Assembly: GCA_043228905.1 (NCBI GenBank)
Contig: JBHGNT010000011.1
Span: forward strand, 15,500,001-15,564,000
DNA from: Azolla caroliniana
Lineage: Eukaryota; Plantae; Polypodiophyta
Direction of reading: 5' to 3'
Length of the DNA stretch: 64,000 bases
The position numbers and the translations under genes were made by a program. This document shows, in pieces, positions 36,976 through 50,608 of this stretch (its first letter is position 1; each line of letters begins with the position of its first letter). The notes under the pieces were generated by a model. It ran no database searches and was not told where the DNA came from. It saw only the letters and a program-made list of their open reading frames with translations.

Positions 36976-39543
36976 TATTGGTTCGTAGTAAAATATATAA
37001 CATTCTTACAATGATCCATAGAATGAACCATACGTCTCCTACGTGCATTCGCATTCGCGAATGATCCAATCAAAACGTGTATGGTAAATGTGTATGGTAA
37101 AGTTGAGGCAGACCACATTTGTTCACTTAAAACCCCCTACTTAAACATTTGGCACCATGATATAGAGCTTACCATTGATGGAACATTGTATAAATACATA
37201 GTGTGGCGATGATCCATGGATGTCTTCAAGGGTTACACATTCTAAATCCCGATGTCCTTTATGTATTTATTTTATGAAAGTAGATGGCCCACAACCCCTA
37301 GCCACCCCCATGTCGTTATGCATGGCTCGTTTCTCCGGCCTGCAATTTATGTATTGTTTCTCCCTCTAAACGATAGGCAGGTATCCTTTGCTTTGCTGCT
37401 TTGGCTTGTTGGGCTTATGTTGACCAAAACAATCTCTGTCTTAGTTGGGCAATGTTTCTATTTAAAAGGCCCCTTTATTTCCTAATGTAGCCTAGATATA
37501 GACATTGTGGCCTTTTGACCATGTTTACACCTCTTATATTATTGACAATAATTAATTAGTTTTGAGACATGTAAGTTTTGTCGTCTAGTTGAACACATTT
37601 TAGTAATTATTTAAGATGCCAGGATGAGTTTGACTCTAGATCACTTTGTCGACACACTCTACAATGGTTGATGCTCTCTCCCTCCCACATTGCCAACGAT
37701 AGGGTGTTGTAACTTGTTATCACACTCAAATCTCATAACAGTGTATCAACAAGGTTTAGTTCTCATCATATGTCGAGTTAAACAAATAATAAACTTAACA
37801 TTGTACAACTTCGAGTGGATCATGTCACTATTATGTAAGAAGTGTAACCTTCTAGGAATAAGGCCACCTTGGCTATGGTATAGCTTAAATCTTGTAGGAT
37901 ATGGACCCAAAATTTGTTGCATCATAGTCATGTTGAGAAGATTATGTATTTTTGAATAAATTGTTGCCCATTGGAGAGAGAAGTGAAACATTGTATCTTC
38001 TCCATTTCCCCTCTAAATGAAGATTTCCTCTAACTTGTTATAAGAGTTATCCGTTCAAGGCATCAAAGTATTCACTTCCTTAACATGGGGGAGTATAACA
38101 AGAAAGCTTCTCATGAGTAGTTGATTTTTTTATATTGAATCAACATTTATTACAAACTCTAGCATTGTGTACTATAGTGAGCCAATCAAAATAATATGAA
38201 GCTTTGAATGCATTGAACTCCATGTTCCCTCCAATCATAGATGGGATGCACATGCTATTTGGCATTTGGTAGTACGAAAGAGAGCTCAATAAGCATTTGA
38301 GAACATATACAACAGAAGAAAATCAAATGTTGGGTTCCCATGAAATATCTCTTTAATGACCGACACTAGTGCTTCTCTATGAGGTGAGGTTCAAATATGG
38401 AGCCATAGCATACTAAAGTGTACTTCACGAGACCATATCATTTTCTAGTGTGATCACATCAAGAAAAGGGTTGTTGAGTACATGCTTATGTTAGATCCTC
38501 GTGTGTTTGTTCGTTGTCTCATTGTTACTTCTACACAACTTAACTTATGTTATCTTCTATGTGATGATGAATTGGGGAACATGCGAGACTACCCAACCAA
38601 ATTTTGCTCTTGTGAGTCATTTGTAGTTTACGTCCAACATTCCAAACAAGGTGTGGTAATCTATGATTTGGCATATTCTTGGCCTTTTTTAATGTATCTA
38701 TATACTCTTTGTAGCGCCAATATCTCTATAGGTCAAACACTTGTTTCCAAGAGCATAACTTGATAGGAGGTGGTGGATTTTATTCCGAATTGTCTCCTTT
38801 AAAACATCTTTTCAAGAAAGAGAGGGAGACAAAACCTTTGGTTGCTCAACAAGGGCCTTAAAATTTTCATTTGTAATTCCATCACAACACAAACTTTTGC
38901 GATTAGAAAGATGTGAAAATACAGACCCCACCACGTCCTACTTTATGTATATTATTCCAATGTTGTCACAACTCGTCTGACCTTCTCTATTCATATACAT
39001 AATGTTGATAGTGTTTGTTTCATCTCATCATTATTAAGCATTTCTAGCCTAAAAGAGTTGTATGAATACAATTTACTCGATAATTGCGTGAAAATCAACA
39101 CTCGAGTTATCATGTGTAGGCATACCAGATCCAATGCAGCACATAACCCATGGAAGAAATTAAGAGGATTGACAATCGTGATCATTCAGTTATTGCAAAT
39201 GAAATTTCAATAATTACACACGTGAAGGTCGTGTAGAGCTTCATACAAGGTAACATATTTAAACAACAACAACAAGAACGTCATCGATGGGGAAGGACAC
39301 CAGCAACACAATACATAAGTCTACGGACTATTTGACAAATTTTTCGCATTTTGTTTGAGTACCGAACCATGAGGAATCCAAGATGGCAAGCAAATGACTG
39401 GATATTTGAGAGACACGTGTATTGTGACCCTATATTCATATCTAAACTCATTTGTAGATTGTCCCATAATTTGGTGAAAATCAATGATGTGCAAGAATCT
39501 CTACTTCCCTCCCTCCTTGCCTCAGGCTTTCATAGCTCATGCG

Positions 39544-42428
39544 TTTTTTTTTTTCCTTGGAAGATATCCTTTCATTAGTTATGAACAATTATTACAATAA
39601 AGTTGACCTACCATCAAGCTACCATTGATATGTTGCATTCTTCCTTAGGTCCCATTCCTCAAGGATAAATAGTATGAACACTCCCACCACTCCTTAACCA
39701 AGTTATGTGATTGGTGGTGGGAACAACCATACTGGTGGTGCTAAGCACCATTTGGGTCTTGAATTTTGTAATGTGAGAAACAAGGCTTTCTTCCAATAGG
39801 CAATCAATTTGAGGCGTTGCAACACTACAACATCTGTCTCACCTTTAATATCTTCATACCGCCCTTTCAAGGTACGCACCATCTCCATCCAGACATTCCG
39901 TACACTTTCCACTAGCTGAACAGTAGTATTACCAAACACCTTAGAACACTTAGCAGTCCAAATAAACCACATTGTGGTGGTGCATAGTAGTTGCCATACT
40001 TCTTGCATTGCCTTTAACATGTAAGGAATTTCCATATGACTTCGTTGCACCACCTTTATAATTCCTCTTTGAATTCTAATAATCGTGTCATTTGGACATG
40101 CCTCATATGGCCACATCATTTGTGTTGTTGTAGCCCATACTATACCATACCCCACGAAAAATTGCAATCCCTAAACATAAAGGCTAGAACTCGAAACACT
40201 CGTCTCCAAACTTGATGTGCAACATGACATTCCCACAAGCAATGTTTCAATGTCTCCATCTGACAACTACAATAGATGCATGCAGTCGGCCCAGCTGATT
40301 GTTGTAGCCACTGGCCAACTGGTAATGCTCTATGTATTACTAGCCATTGGAAGACATTTATTTTCATATCTTGCTTCCTTTTCCATAATGTTCTCCAAAA
40401 CTTTGCTAGGAATTTGGATGTGATCCCTTAATGGGTTCAAAATTGACTAGCTCGTGGTGTAGTCCTATGTTGAGCTGCCAAAATGTGTCTTCCAATCTTA
40501 ATTGAGTATTGAAAAAAACCACACCTTTTTTCCGCACGATCAAACAGATCTTTCCACCAAAATTCTCCAATGCTCCTTGACTACATCAACTTGTGGGTCG
40601 ATGATCCACTTAGATCCATCATAAGCAAGGATCCTTATTTTAGAGAATGTAGTATATTGCAAGATCTTTGGTTGTATCGTTGCTCTACATATACTGCCAT
40701 CTTCCTCCACATCATAGTCTTGACATCGTTCGCAAGACAAATGTCCCCTTACCCCCACTAGCACTTGAAACCTCGTAAATGCCCCTTCCCACTTGGGAGG
40801 ATTAAAGGACCATACTATAGAGGCTGAGTGCCCCAAAACCGACTGCATCTGGTCCCACATAATCCGTCCTCCTCTCAAGGAAGACAATAATTCTGATCTA
40901 TCATTTATATTCAGAGTATGAAAGGATTTCCATGCATCAACGGATGCTCCTGGCCCTACATCGAGCTTGTCCCAATCCACTCGTGTACGGGACCCCAACA
41001 TGTGCCCTGAGGGCAAACGCATATTCAGATTCCACACTAAGGTTTGTCTCAAGTATTCCTCCTCACATGTTGGTACACCATGTCCCAATCCTTTATGTAC
41101 ATGCTCCCATGCTCTTAGAAGACCATTAAAAAATTTGCCTTCCCAATTCCTGGTCATAACATGTTTATTGTCTGGTATAAAGATCCACCTTATGCTATTA
41201 GTCCATAATCCACCCATTGGCGAAGCACAACAATACAATCTTTGCATAAGCAATTGCTTCCAAGGGGCATGTCCTAGTAAAAGGCCACGAACTATTATCT
41301 TTGCTAACAAGGCCATGCACTGGTCTAATGGATCTATAATCCCCAGACCACCATATTGCTTCAAGGTTATCAGTGTACTCCAAGCCACCTTCGCTCTTAC
41401 ATGACTCTTATCCTCCCCAACCCATATAAAATTCCTAACCAGCCTTCAAATTTGTCCAATGCACGATTTTGAAAAGATCCAAGATGAAGCTATATACCAC
41501 ACCGTAGATAGTAGCACATGGTTGACAACTATCACTCTCCCGGCCAAAGATAGTTTAGCATGGCTCCACAAGAATAACTTTTTCCTCAAAGTTAATAATA
41601 ATGGTGCAACATGTAGTTATGGGACCAAATCAATCCCAACCTACACTCCAAGATATCGATTCGCAACTCCTCTTTGAGTCCACGAGAAAGTATGATGCGG
41701 TGCTCAACAAGGCGGCGGTTCCTTGCTCACCCAAAATGCAACAATTTTCTCCCAATTTAACTTAGCTCCAGATGCTATACAAAACTATGACAAAGCCCCT
41801 TCTACTTGTTGCAAATTCGTTAGAGTCCCATCCACATATAGTGCAGTATCATCTGCAAATTCCGAGTCCAATATATCTTGTCCATGAATTGGCATCGCCA
41901 AACCACGCAAGCCTATAGATTGCGATGATATAAATACATGCATTGCTTCTGCAAACAAAAGGAACAAAAATGGTGTGAGCGGACATCCCTGGTGGACAGA
42001 CCGAGTAATGTTAAACAGAGGTCCTACTCCACCTGCCAACAACACCTGACTATGTGCATTTCTATAAAGACAAGAAACACCCTTAATCCATGACGTGTTG
42101 AAGCCCAAGTGATGCATAGTACCTTCCAAAGAATTCCAGTCAACCCTATGATACGCTTTCTCAAAATCTAAAAGCAGCATAGCTAGGTTTTGTTTGTTTT
42201 TAACCTCTATTGCAATGGCCTCCCGAAATGTAAAAACATTATCCATAATACTCCTTTCCCTCATAAAACCAGTTTGCGATACATGAATTATCTTTGGTAG
42301 TACCTCTTGTAATCGAGAACTAAGCAACTTAGCAAATATTTTATAACTAGTATTCAAGAGGGTGATTGGCCTCCACTTACGAATATCTTCTGTCTTTTGA
42401 CAAAAAGGTAGTTGAATTTCGTGGCAAC
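39544..42428 (-). mobile_element. 5'-truncated, degenerate L1-clade LINE (RT plus zf-RVT-like) with poly(A) tail and TSD
   Basis: RT motifs LDFEKAY, QGCPLTP and FADD (41785-42357); Cys/His motif CIYC...ETLKHCLWEC (40140-40367). T11 at 39544-39554. TTCATAGCTCATG(C/T)G occurs at 39529-39543 and 42429-42443. Confidence 0.85.
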
Positions 42429-42436
42429 TTCATAGC

Positions 42437-42628
42437 TCATGTGTTATGAGATTGATGTCTTCATATGTATATGATCTTGGGCTAAAGGCTAACGTGAGTA
42501 TGGTCCCTTGGGAAGAACAAGAAGACGAAAGCCTTCTCCTAGGTCCTTCCACTCAACTTGCGCACCATCATCACCATCCATCATCCATCATCCATCAACG
42601 GTCATCTTTCATCTTTCATCTATGATCT

Positions 42629-42661
<33 letters not shown>

Positions 42662-43022
42662 ATCATCATCATCCATCATGTGTTATGAGATTGATGTCTT
42701 CATTTGTATATGATATTGGGCTAAAGGCTAACGCGAGTATGGTCCCTTGGGAAGAACAAGAAGACGAAAGCTTTCTCATAGGTCCTTCCACTCAACTTGC
42801 ATATCACCACCACCACCACCACCATCATCATTCGTCATCGTCATCGTCGTCGTCGTCATCATCATCATCATCCATCATGTGTTATGAGATTGATGTCTTC
42901 ATATGTATATGATCTTGGGCTAAAGGCTAACGTGAGTATGGTCCCTTGGGAAGAACAAGAAGATGAAAGCCTTCTCATAGGTCCTTCCACTCAACTTACA
43001 CATCATCATACATCATCCATCA

Positions 43023-43078
<56 letters not shown>

Positions 43079-43141
43079 ACTCATCATCATCATGCATCAT
43101 CATCATCCTCATCATGCATCATCATCCATCATCATCATCAT
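42437..43141. repeat. Three ~125-bp repeats interleaved with (CAT/CAC/CGT)n microsatellite
   Basis: Unit TCATGTGTTATGAGATTGATGTCTTC...GGTCCTTCCACTCAACTT starts near 42437, 42675 and 42874. Confidence 0.9.
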
Positions 43142-43302
43142 TCAAAGGGTGGGGGGGGGGGGGGGATTTGAACTTGGGATGCTTCCCTTGCTTCAGTCAT
43201 TTTTAACAAAGAAAAAATAAAAGTAAAAATAGAGGGAGTGATCAGTTTGTGGTATGTATTGGATCCTCTCCCTCCCTCCTCTCACCTCCATCACCAAGAC
43301 TG

Positions 43303-43337
<35 letters not shown>

Positions 43338-43394
43338 AAATCTCCAAGATCACTGGATTCTGTCCGAACAGATCTTCTTCTTGAGAGGTAATTC

Positions 43395-43426
<32 letters not shown>

Positions 43427-45355
43427 ACCATGTTGTTGCTTCCCGTCCTCTTCCCTTTTACTTGCACAGAAAGAATCACTAGTTCTTCAAGATTTAGCCA
43501 AAGGTCAGAACGAGTAGAACGAGCCGCGCGCTCTTCTTCTTACAACTATCTTGTTTGTTTAGAAAGTGGCGAATTTCACCACATTGTGAAAATTCCAGAT
43601 GAAATTCACATGATTTGTCCTGCTTTCTTTGAATCTACGTCTGATTGCCTTGGCGACAGATCTAGAAATAGAGGCAAATTTGCTTCAGACCATGGAGGAA
43701 TGTCTTTGATATCTCATGGACCATGGAAGAGTTTTAGGAAAAAGAAGGAGATTTCCTCGTCTTTTAATTCTTCCCGTAAGAAAACTGGTAATACCACAAT
43801 AATATAGCTGGTACAAGGTCGCGCTTCAAATTTCAGAGAATTGACTTGCGTATCTGATGGATTAAGTGAGAATTCCAGTGCAAATTGCAGTCTTTTCGCC
43901 TCTTTTAACACTTCCGGTAGTAATTTGAAATTTACATCACCATATATCTGATATAAGATTGGGTCAACCTACAGAGAAATCTCTTCCATGTTTGATGGAT
44001 TACGTAAGATTTAAATTACAACACTTTCTCTTCCTTTAATTCGTTTTCTCCTCTTTTTTTGCAAGTCTATGATACAAGTTTTCTTCAAAGTACAAAGAAA
44101 TAGCCTTCACATCTGATAGACTAGGGACAATTTCCAGTGAATAGTTAAAGAAAATTCTCCTCTTTCAACTTTTTCCGCTTCAACATAATCTGACCTCTGT
44201 TAAGAAGCTATGGACCATGAAAGATGGAAATTCTATAATACTGCATCTTTCTTGGCTGATGCATCAGCAAAAAACCTCAATGAAAATTACAGAATTGGCT
44301 CCTCTTTTAGCATTTCCTTCTGAATCTGATGTTTGTGAACATAGAATTGTTCATATCAGTATACCTTTCTTTTGCTAGTAAGTAACCTTCTACAGTCTTT
44401 TCCTACACTATCTCTTCAGAATGGCTTCCGTATTTGATGAATTCATGAAGAATTTCTGTCTAATACTAGTTCCTACTTCAGAATCTGGGAATATATGGAA
44501 GAGAAATTTCGAAATACCATATTCCCAAAGAATGCTTCTACTACAGTGAAATAAATTCCGTTTGAGAATGGAATTTCACAACTTTCTTTCCTAGGACGTT
44601 CAAGTTTCTTCCACTATAGAGGAATTTCTTCCACATATGTTGGATTAGAGAAGCATTTCAACTTGGCCTCTTTATGGACGATAAACATTCTAATTCTAAT
44701 TCTAATACTAATTCAAAATCTGGTTTCTGGGTGAAGAAGCTATGGACAGAGAATATAGAGTATATATTTCTTTCTTAGAGCCAGGATTTTACATTTCTGT
44801 ATCATCTCCCTAATTTTCTCTCAGAACCACCTGACATTTGAACACATTTCACTCCTTTTATACATCACTTTTCTGAAGTCCAAAGACATAACCATTTACT
44901 AAGACCCCATCAGTTGATGCATTTTATATGTTGCATCACAAGAATCATTATTGAAGGAAGAGTCACTGGAATTAACTCCCTTATAATATCATTTGCAGAA
45001 GGTAGATAGGAAATCTGTTTGCTAATATTAAACCATGTTATGGATCATATATAGACATACTTTCCAGAAACAAGAAGTTAATAGGGAAACCTTTTTACTA
45101 AGATCTAACCATGTTATGCATCATTTCCAGAAGCCGGAAAATGTTTTTACTAAGATCTTGTCAGGTTGTACATTATGCTCACACATGCATATCATGTCGA
45201 GTGGACCAAAAGAAAATCTGATACTGCACACATTTCACTCCTGTTTAAGATAATTTTCTGTTGTTAGAAGCTAAATCTATTTACAACAATCTAACCAGCT
45301 TATGCATTAATTTTTGCATATATCATCACAGAAATCATTCTTGAGGGAAGAATCC

Positions 45356-48300
45356 ATGGAGGTCAGTGGAAACCTAGGAGAAGAAACGGATTCGGTTGAA
45401 CAAATGGTTAAAAAATCCTTTCTCTTTTCTGGTTCTAATAAATGATTTTTTCTTTGTGATGAGAGATTTTATTCTGAACCAGTAAATGAAATGATACATG
45501 ATTTATATTTATTTCTCATGTGTTTTCAACAGATATATGGAGATGTGTGCCACAGGCTTGCAATGTTGGTCCAAAGAATCATGGAGTTTATCCCTGTATT
45601 TGAAGCTCTTCGGCCACCAAAGTCTGGCATGCAAGCTCTATGTGGAGTACATTGGGCTATAGATAGAGCAAAGTTGTTTCTTCAGAGAACTGCCAATTCT
45701 AGCAAACTTTACCTGGTAACAGCGTCTAGCTTCCTTTTCCTGTCAATATGTAGGGCAGAACACCAATATAACCCTAATTTTGTTACAAATTACCAGAACA
45801 ACCCTACCTTCTGTAAACAATGTACCAGAATATCCCTAACATCCACCAGAACAGTCTAAGAATGTTTTAAATTACATGAATACCCTAAAGTTCCTATTGC
45901 CTTTCTTAATGAGTCCACTAAATAATCAACATAATTTGTTGATAGTAATCAAAGCAAGCATGAGAACCCATAATACTAATAATCTAATTTTGAATAGGGA
46001 ATGAGAAACCATACCCATGACTAAAGTTCATAATTCTCCAATTATTTCTAATTAGAGAATCAGAGGCTATAATCAAGATGCATAAAATTCTGCTTTTAAT
46101 TAGGGAATGAAAGCTTATACTTAGCTATCCTAATAATCCAATCATTCGTGCTAATATTTTATTAAAAATTAGGGGTATTTCGGTAAATTCTAAAACAATT
46201 TGGGGGTATCCTTGTCAGTTTTTAAAGCACAGGCTCTGAATATGTTGAACTTTAGTGGTGAAATCCTTTCGTCCCAAAATTGTCCCTGGTATATATTAGA
46301 ATAGCTTTTTGAAGTATTATGTAGTACATGGTAGTTGAAGAGCTTGTGTAAGGTTTTGATCCTATCTTTCCTTGAAGGCAATCACCCATGATTCTGTCAC
46401 ATCCAAATTCGAGAAAGTTAAAGAGACACTGGACCAAAGCTTGAGAAGGCTGGAATCAAGTGTTCCTGATGACCTTGCTCAGCAGGTATTCACTGAAGTT
46501 AAAGGTGGAAATTGAATCCAAGATAAGAAAGGAAATGTTATACATAGTAGAGCTTCATGCTGTTTGGTGTTCTTTCCATGAAAACAAATATTTTCTGTTC
46601 ATTTTCTGCAGATAAGTGCCTTTATTAGTGACTTGAAGATGATAGTTCTTCAGCCAGATTCATCAGATCAAGAGGCAGGCAATGAGATAGTTGCACTTTT
46701 GCAGAAAGAGAAAGAAGCACCTGGTTTTAATGCATCAACAGAACTAGATGTTTTCGACAAAGTGATATGGAAGCTAGGTATGAAAACAGCCAAGACACTC
46801 ATTGCTGAGAAGAAAGCTCTGAGAAAACTGCTTGAAAAAACACGTAAAGAGGAAGACAAGAAGAAAGAGCTGATAGTTCTTTACCTACTGCACCTTCTCC
46901 GCAAGTATACTAAAGCACAGAATCTCACGAGTACAGACGAGAGCTTGATTGTAGACACAATGAGCTCTTGTCCTCCATCACCTTCAGAAAGGGGTTCTGA
47001 AGCCAGTACTAGTGGGCAAGATAGCGACTTTAGCTCAGAGCTTTGTTGCTCTGAATTCCATCACAAAAGAATTGTGAACAATGGAAATAAGGAAGGATTG
47101 AGTTGTTTACGACTTTCTTCAGTACCACCAGAGGAATTTCGATGCCCTATCTCCTTACAACTAATGTCAGATCCAGTCATCATATCCTCTGGACAAACCT
47201 ATGAGAGAGTTTGCATAGAGAAATGGTTTGAAGAGGGTCATGATACATGCCCAAAAACTCAGCAAAAGCTCACCCATCTTGATGTTACTCCCAATTATTG
47301 TGTGAAAGCTCTGATTATGAGTTGGTGCGAGAGACATTCAGTACCTATCCCTACACCTCCATCACCCCCGCCATCTGTAACAGATTGGAGGTATAATAGA
47401 TTCTCTCTATCGGCCCCGACGAAGTCCAATAATACTTCTCATTGTGAACGAGCTTCTCCAGAGAATGATGGGATATTCACTATGGCTCCTAGATTTGGCA
47501 TAGTTGGAAATGATGAATCTTCTGTTATAGCCACTGATGAGTCGATCGGAGGGAGTTACTCTAGCCCACGAGGAGGTATGTTAAGGACAAATAGCATTCA
47601 GGAATCTGTATCCTTGTTATCTTCTTCTACTTCTATAGCAATGAAACACAGAGGTGCAGAGGAGATTCGGTTTCTAACAAAAGATGATGCCAATGCTAGA
47701 ATCTATATTAGTGAATCTGGTTCTATTCCAGCTTTAGTAGGATTCTTGAGGGACACAACTAAAGCTGGAGATGAGGATGCCCAAACAACAGCATGTTTTG
47801 CATTGTTAAATGTGGCCATAAACAATCAAAGGTATATCAAAATTTTCAGTAGATTTTTGGGAAACAACAAAATACTGAAATTCCCTTCAAAATTTACCAG
47901 AATATGTTCTATTAGTACAAAATTTACTATTCCATAGGGGTATTCTAGTAAATATCTGAAAGTAAGGGGTACTTTGGTGTTTTGCTCTTGTTGTTTTTCA
48001 TTGCATAAGCTAGCTTGCCACAAACATTCTGCCCTGATAATGTTTGTTTCATCATCGTATAACTAATGAGTGTTTTTTTCCGAATAATGTTGGACAGAAA
48101 CAAAGCCGAGATAATAGAGGCAGGTGCTCTTCCATTACTATTAGCTCTGCTTGGTCCCGAAACTTCTTTACATGTAAGGGAAGCTGCCATTGTTGTGTTG
48201 CTTACCACATCATGTTTGGATGAGAATAAGGCAGCCATTGGTTCATCTGGAGCTGTACAATTCTTGGTAAACCATCTTGAAAATGGCTCCTCTCAAGGAG

Positions 48301-48875
48301 TGAAGGATGCCCTCACTACCTTATTCAATCTAAGTATTTTTTCAGGAAATCATCTGTGTATATTAAGAGATGGTGCGATCCCCAAGCTCTTCCATTTATT
48401 GAGCTTAGGAGATGTTGAATTGATAGAGAAATGCATCACTATAATGTATAACTTGGCTTCTATAGAGGAAGGGAGGTCAGCCATTGTTGAGGAGGATGGT
48501 GGCATATCTACTTTAGTCGAGTTTTTGGATAGTGGATCATCAAAGGAGAAAGAAATTGTTGCCAGTATTCTACTAGTGATTTCTACCAGTAATCATGAAC
48601 ATAGCCAAGTGATACTAAGGGAAGGAGTCATTCCATCACTCGTGATGTTATCAGTAAATGGAAGCCCTAGGGGTAAAGACAAAGCTCTCAAACTATTACA
48701 ACATTTTCGAGAAGCGAGACAAAGAGAAGTGATGTGGAATGCTACTAATGCTAATGCATCATTGCATACAAAATCTTTGAAAGAAGGACACAGCAAGCCA
48801 GAGAGAAGTTTTTTTAGAAGGACAACATTTGGGTTGTTTAGGAAATCCAAGTCCTTTACCTTCTATCATTGTTGA
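45356..48875 (+). CDS. U-box/ARM-repeat E3 ubiquitin ligase with UND domain (PUB6/7/45-like), ~779 aa
   Basis: Exons 45356-45406, 45533-45715, 46378-46485, 46612-47831, 48098-48875 are in frame. U-box PPEEFRCPISLQLMSDPVIISSGQTYERVCIEKWF...TCPKTQ; SSKLYLAIT in the UND domain; ARM repeats. Confidence 0.93.
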
Positions 48876-50608
48876 TTGTAACTATACTCTTGATATTTTA
48901 CTGTTGGTGGCCAATCCTCTTTGTATATATGCCATTTCTTTTGATGTTTTATTTTCTCTGCAACTTGAGAGCATAGCCACTGGGAATGACCAGTTTTTCA
49001 CCCTTTGATTTTTCTTTTCCTATCTCGTTTCCATGTGTGTATTTTGATCTGAAAACTGCATCCTATGTAACTATGCTCAACAAGAGTTGTCAGTTAGTTA
49101 CCCGTGGGTTGCATTATCTCTCAAATGTACATAAAAAAGCCTTATTTGAGAGATTGTGAGATTTGTACTATGGAAATTCCATGTAACAAAAGTTTCAAAA
49201 ACGCCACACATTTTGTAATTATGTATCCTCTTTAAGAAAGTGGCATAGAATAAGGACATACTGAAAACAACGTTTTTTTAGTAACACTTTTATTACTAGT
49301 CGATTAAACACTAAAGAGCTTAAAATCACTCCAAGCAAACATTGTAAATTTGCAATGTGATGTCTCTAAGTTGCAGACAATCAAATAGAGATTGCCTAAG
49401 GGATTGTTTAAAGAAGCTAACTTCATGTAGTTGGATTCAATCAAAGACCTTATTACTGTGGGCTGTCCAAATGGTCTAGAGTGCCCAAAATCGTGTCCAT
49501 TGGAGAAAATAGGCATTGTTGGATTCGATGCACGGATTTTAGCCAAATAGCTAAAAGTGTTTCCCAAACCTTCGGCTAGGAAATTTGTGATAAAGAGACA
49601 CACTTCACCTTAACCTTCATACAAATGTTATAGTGAATGAGCTAGTCCATAATAAGCGTGGGATCGTTTCCAATCATCCAACACATCTTGCACAATGCAG
49701 TGAGGCTATCAATCTCTTTTGAAGATTAGACCCAATCGGGAGCACCCCAATAGACATATCCATAGGAATACAAGCTGTGTAAATGGAAGACCAGAGCTCC
49801 ATAAGCTTGTAAACCTGTTTTTCCACCATTACTTTGTTTTGTGCAGGTTCCATAATGCATTTGCATGTTCGTGAAACCACGAGACAAGTTGCAACAACAT
49901 ATACACTAATTGTTTTAACGATTCCAAAATAATATTTTGCACAATTACCAAGCCAATCTTTGCCATATGATCGAATTTAGACTCAAGAGTTGAGACTTTG
50001 TTTTCCATCTCAATAGAGGAGTCTGAAGAGAGGAGCACTCAATTGGTAATGAATTACCACATCGCTTACTCACTAACAATTACTAGACGAGATGACACTC
50101 CATACCTCAAATACACGGGAGAGGTTATTGTCTTCGATCGACACAAATGCACGTGCATGAAATGCCAGCTCACATGCCTATATGTCATGGATTGATCCGT
50201 GAGCATTATGGGAATTATGCTCGGATACACAAAGTTCGACCCTTGATGGCGGGGCGAGACGGGGGTAATTGTTTGTTATTGGAATTTGGTGCCGTAGTAT
50301 ATATATATATATATATATGGGAAAACAAATGTGTGTATGAGAGAGCCAACAGGCAGGACAAAAGCCAGCAGGCAGAGAGTGTCCGCGCCAAGTGTGAAAC
50401 CAATCCCATCGAAGAACGAATAATGTATATGTATAACAGTACTGTATATGTATAATGTAATGAAATCTACACACCCAAATTAGCGCATACAAAAATTTCC
50501 CCCTTCAAAACGACTGTCTATCTCTCTCTTCTTCAACGTCTCTCTCTCTCTCTCTCTGAATTATTTCTTCTTCCTCGTCTTCTCTCATCGTCACAGGCAT
50601 CTTCTTCC

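Noticed and set aside
37200-39500. Possible decayed TE between COX6B and the L1
   Set aside because: No recognisable protein motif or termini by eye; left unannotated.
42508-43171. His/Ser-rich ORFs
   Set aside because: They are translations of the (CAT)n microsatellite and repeat units.
49998-50195. Possible SWIM zinc-finger / Mutator remnant (KCTCMKCQLTC)
   Set aside because: Spacing is imperfect, and I found no transposase core or TIRs.
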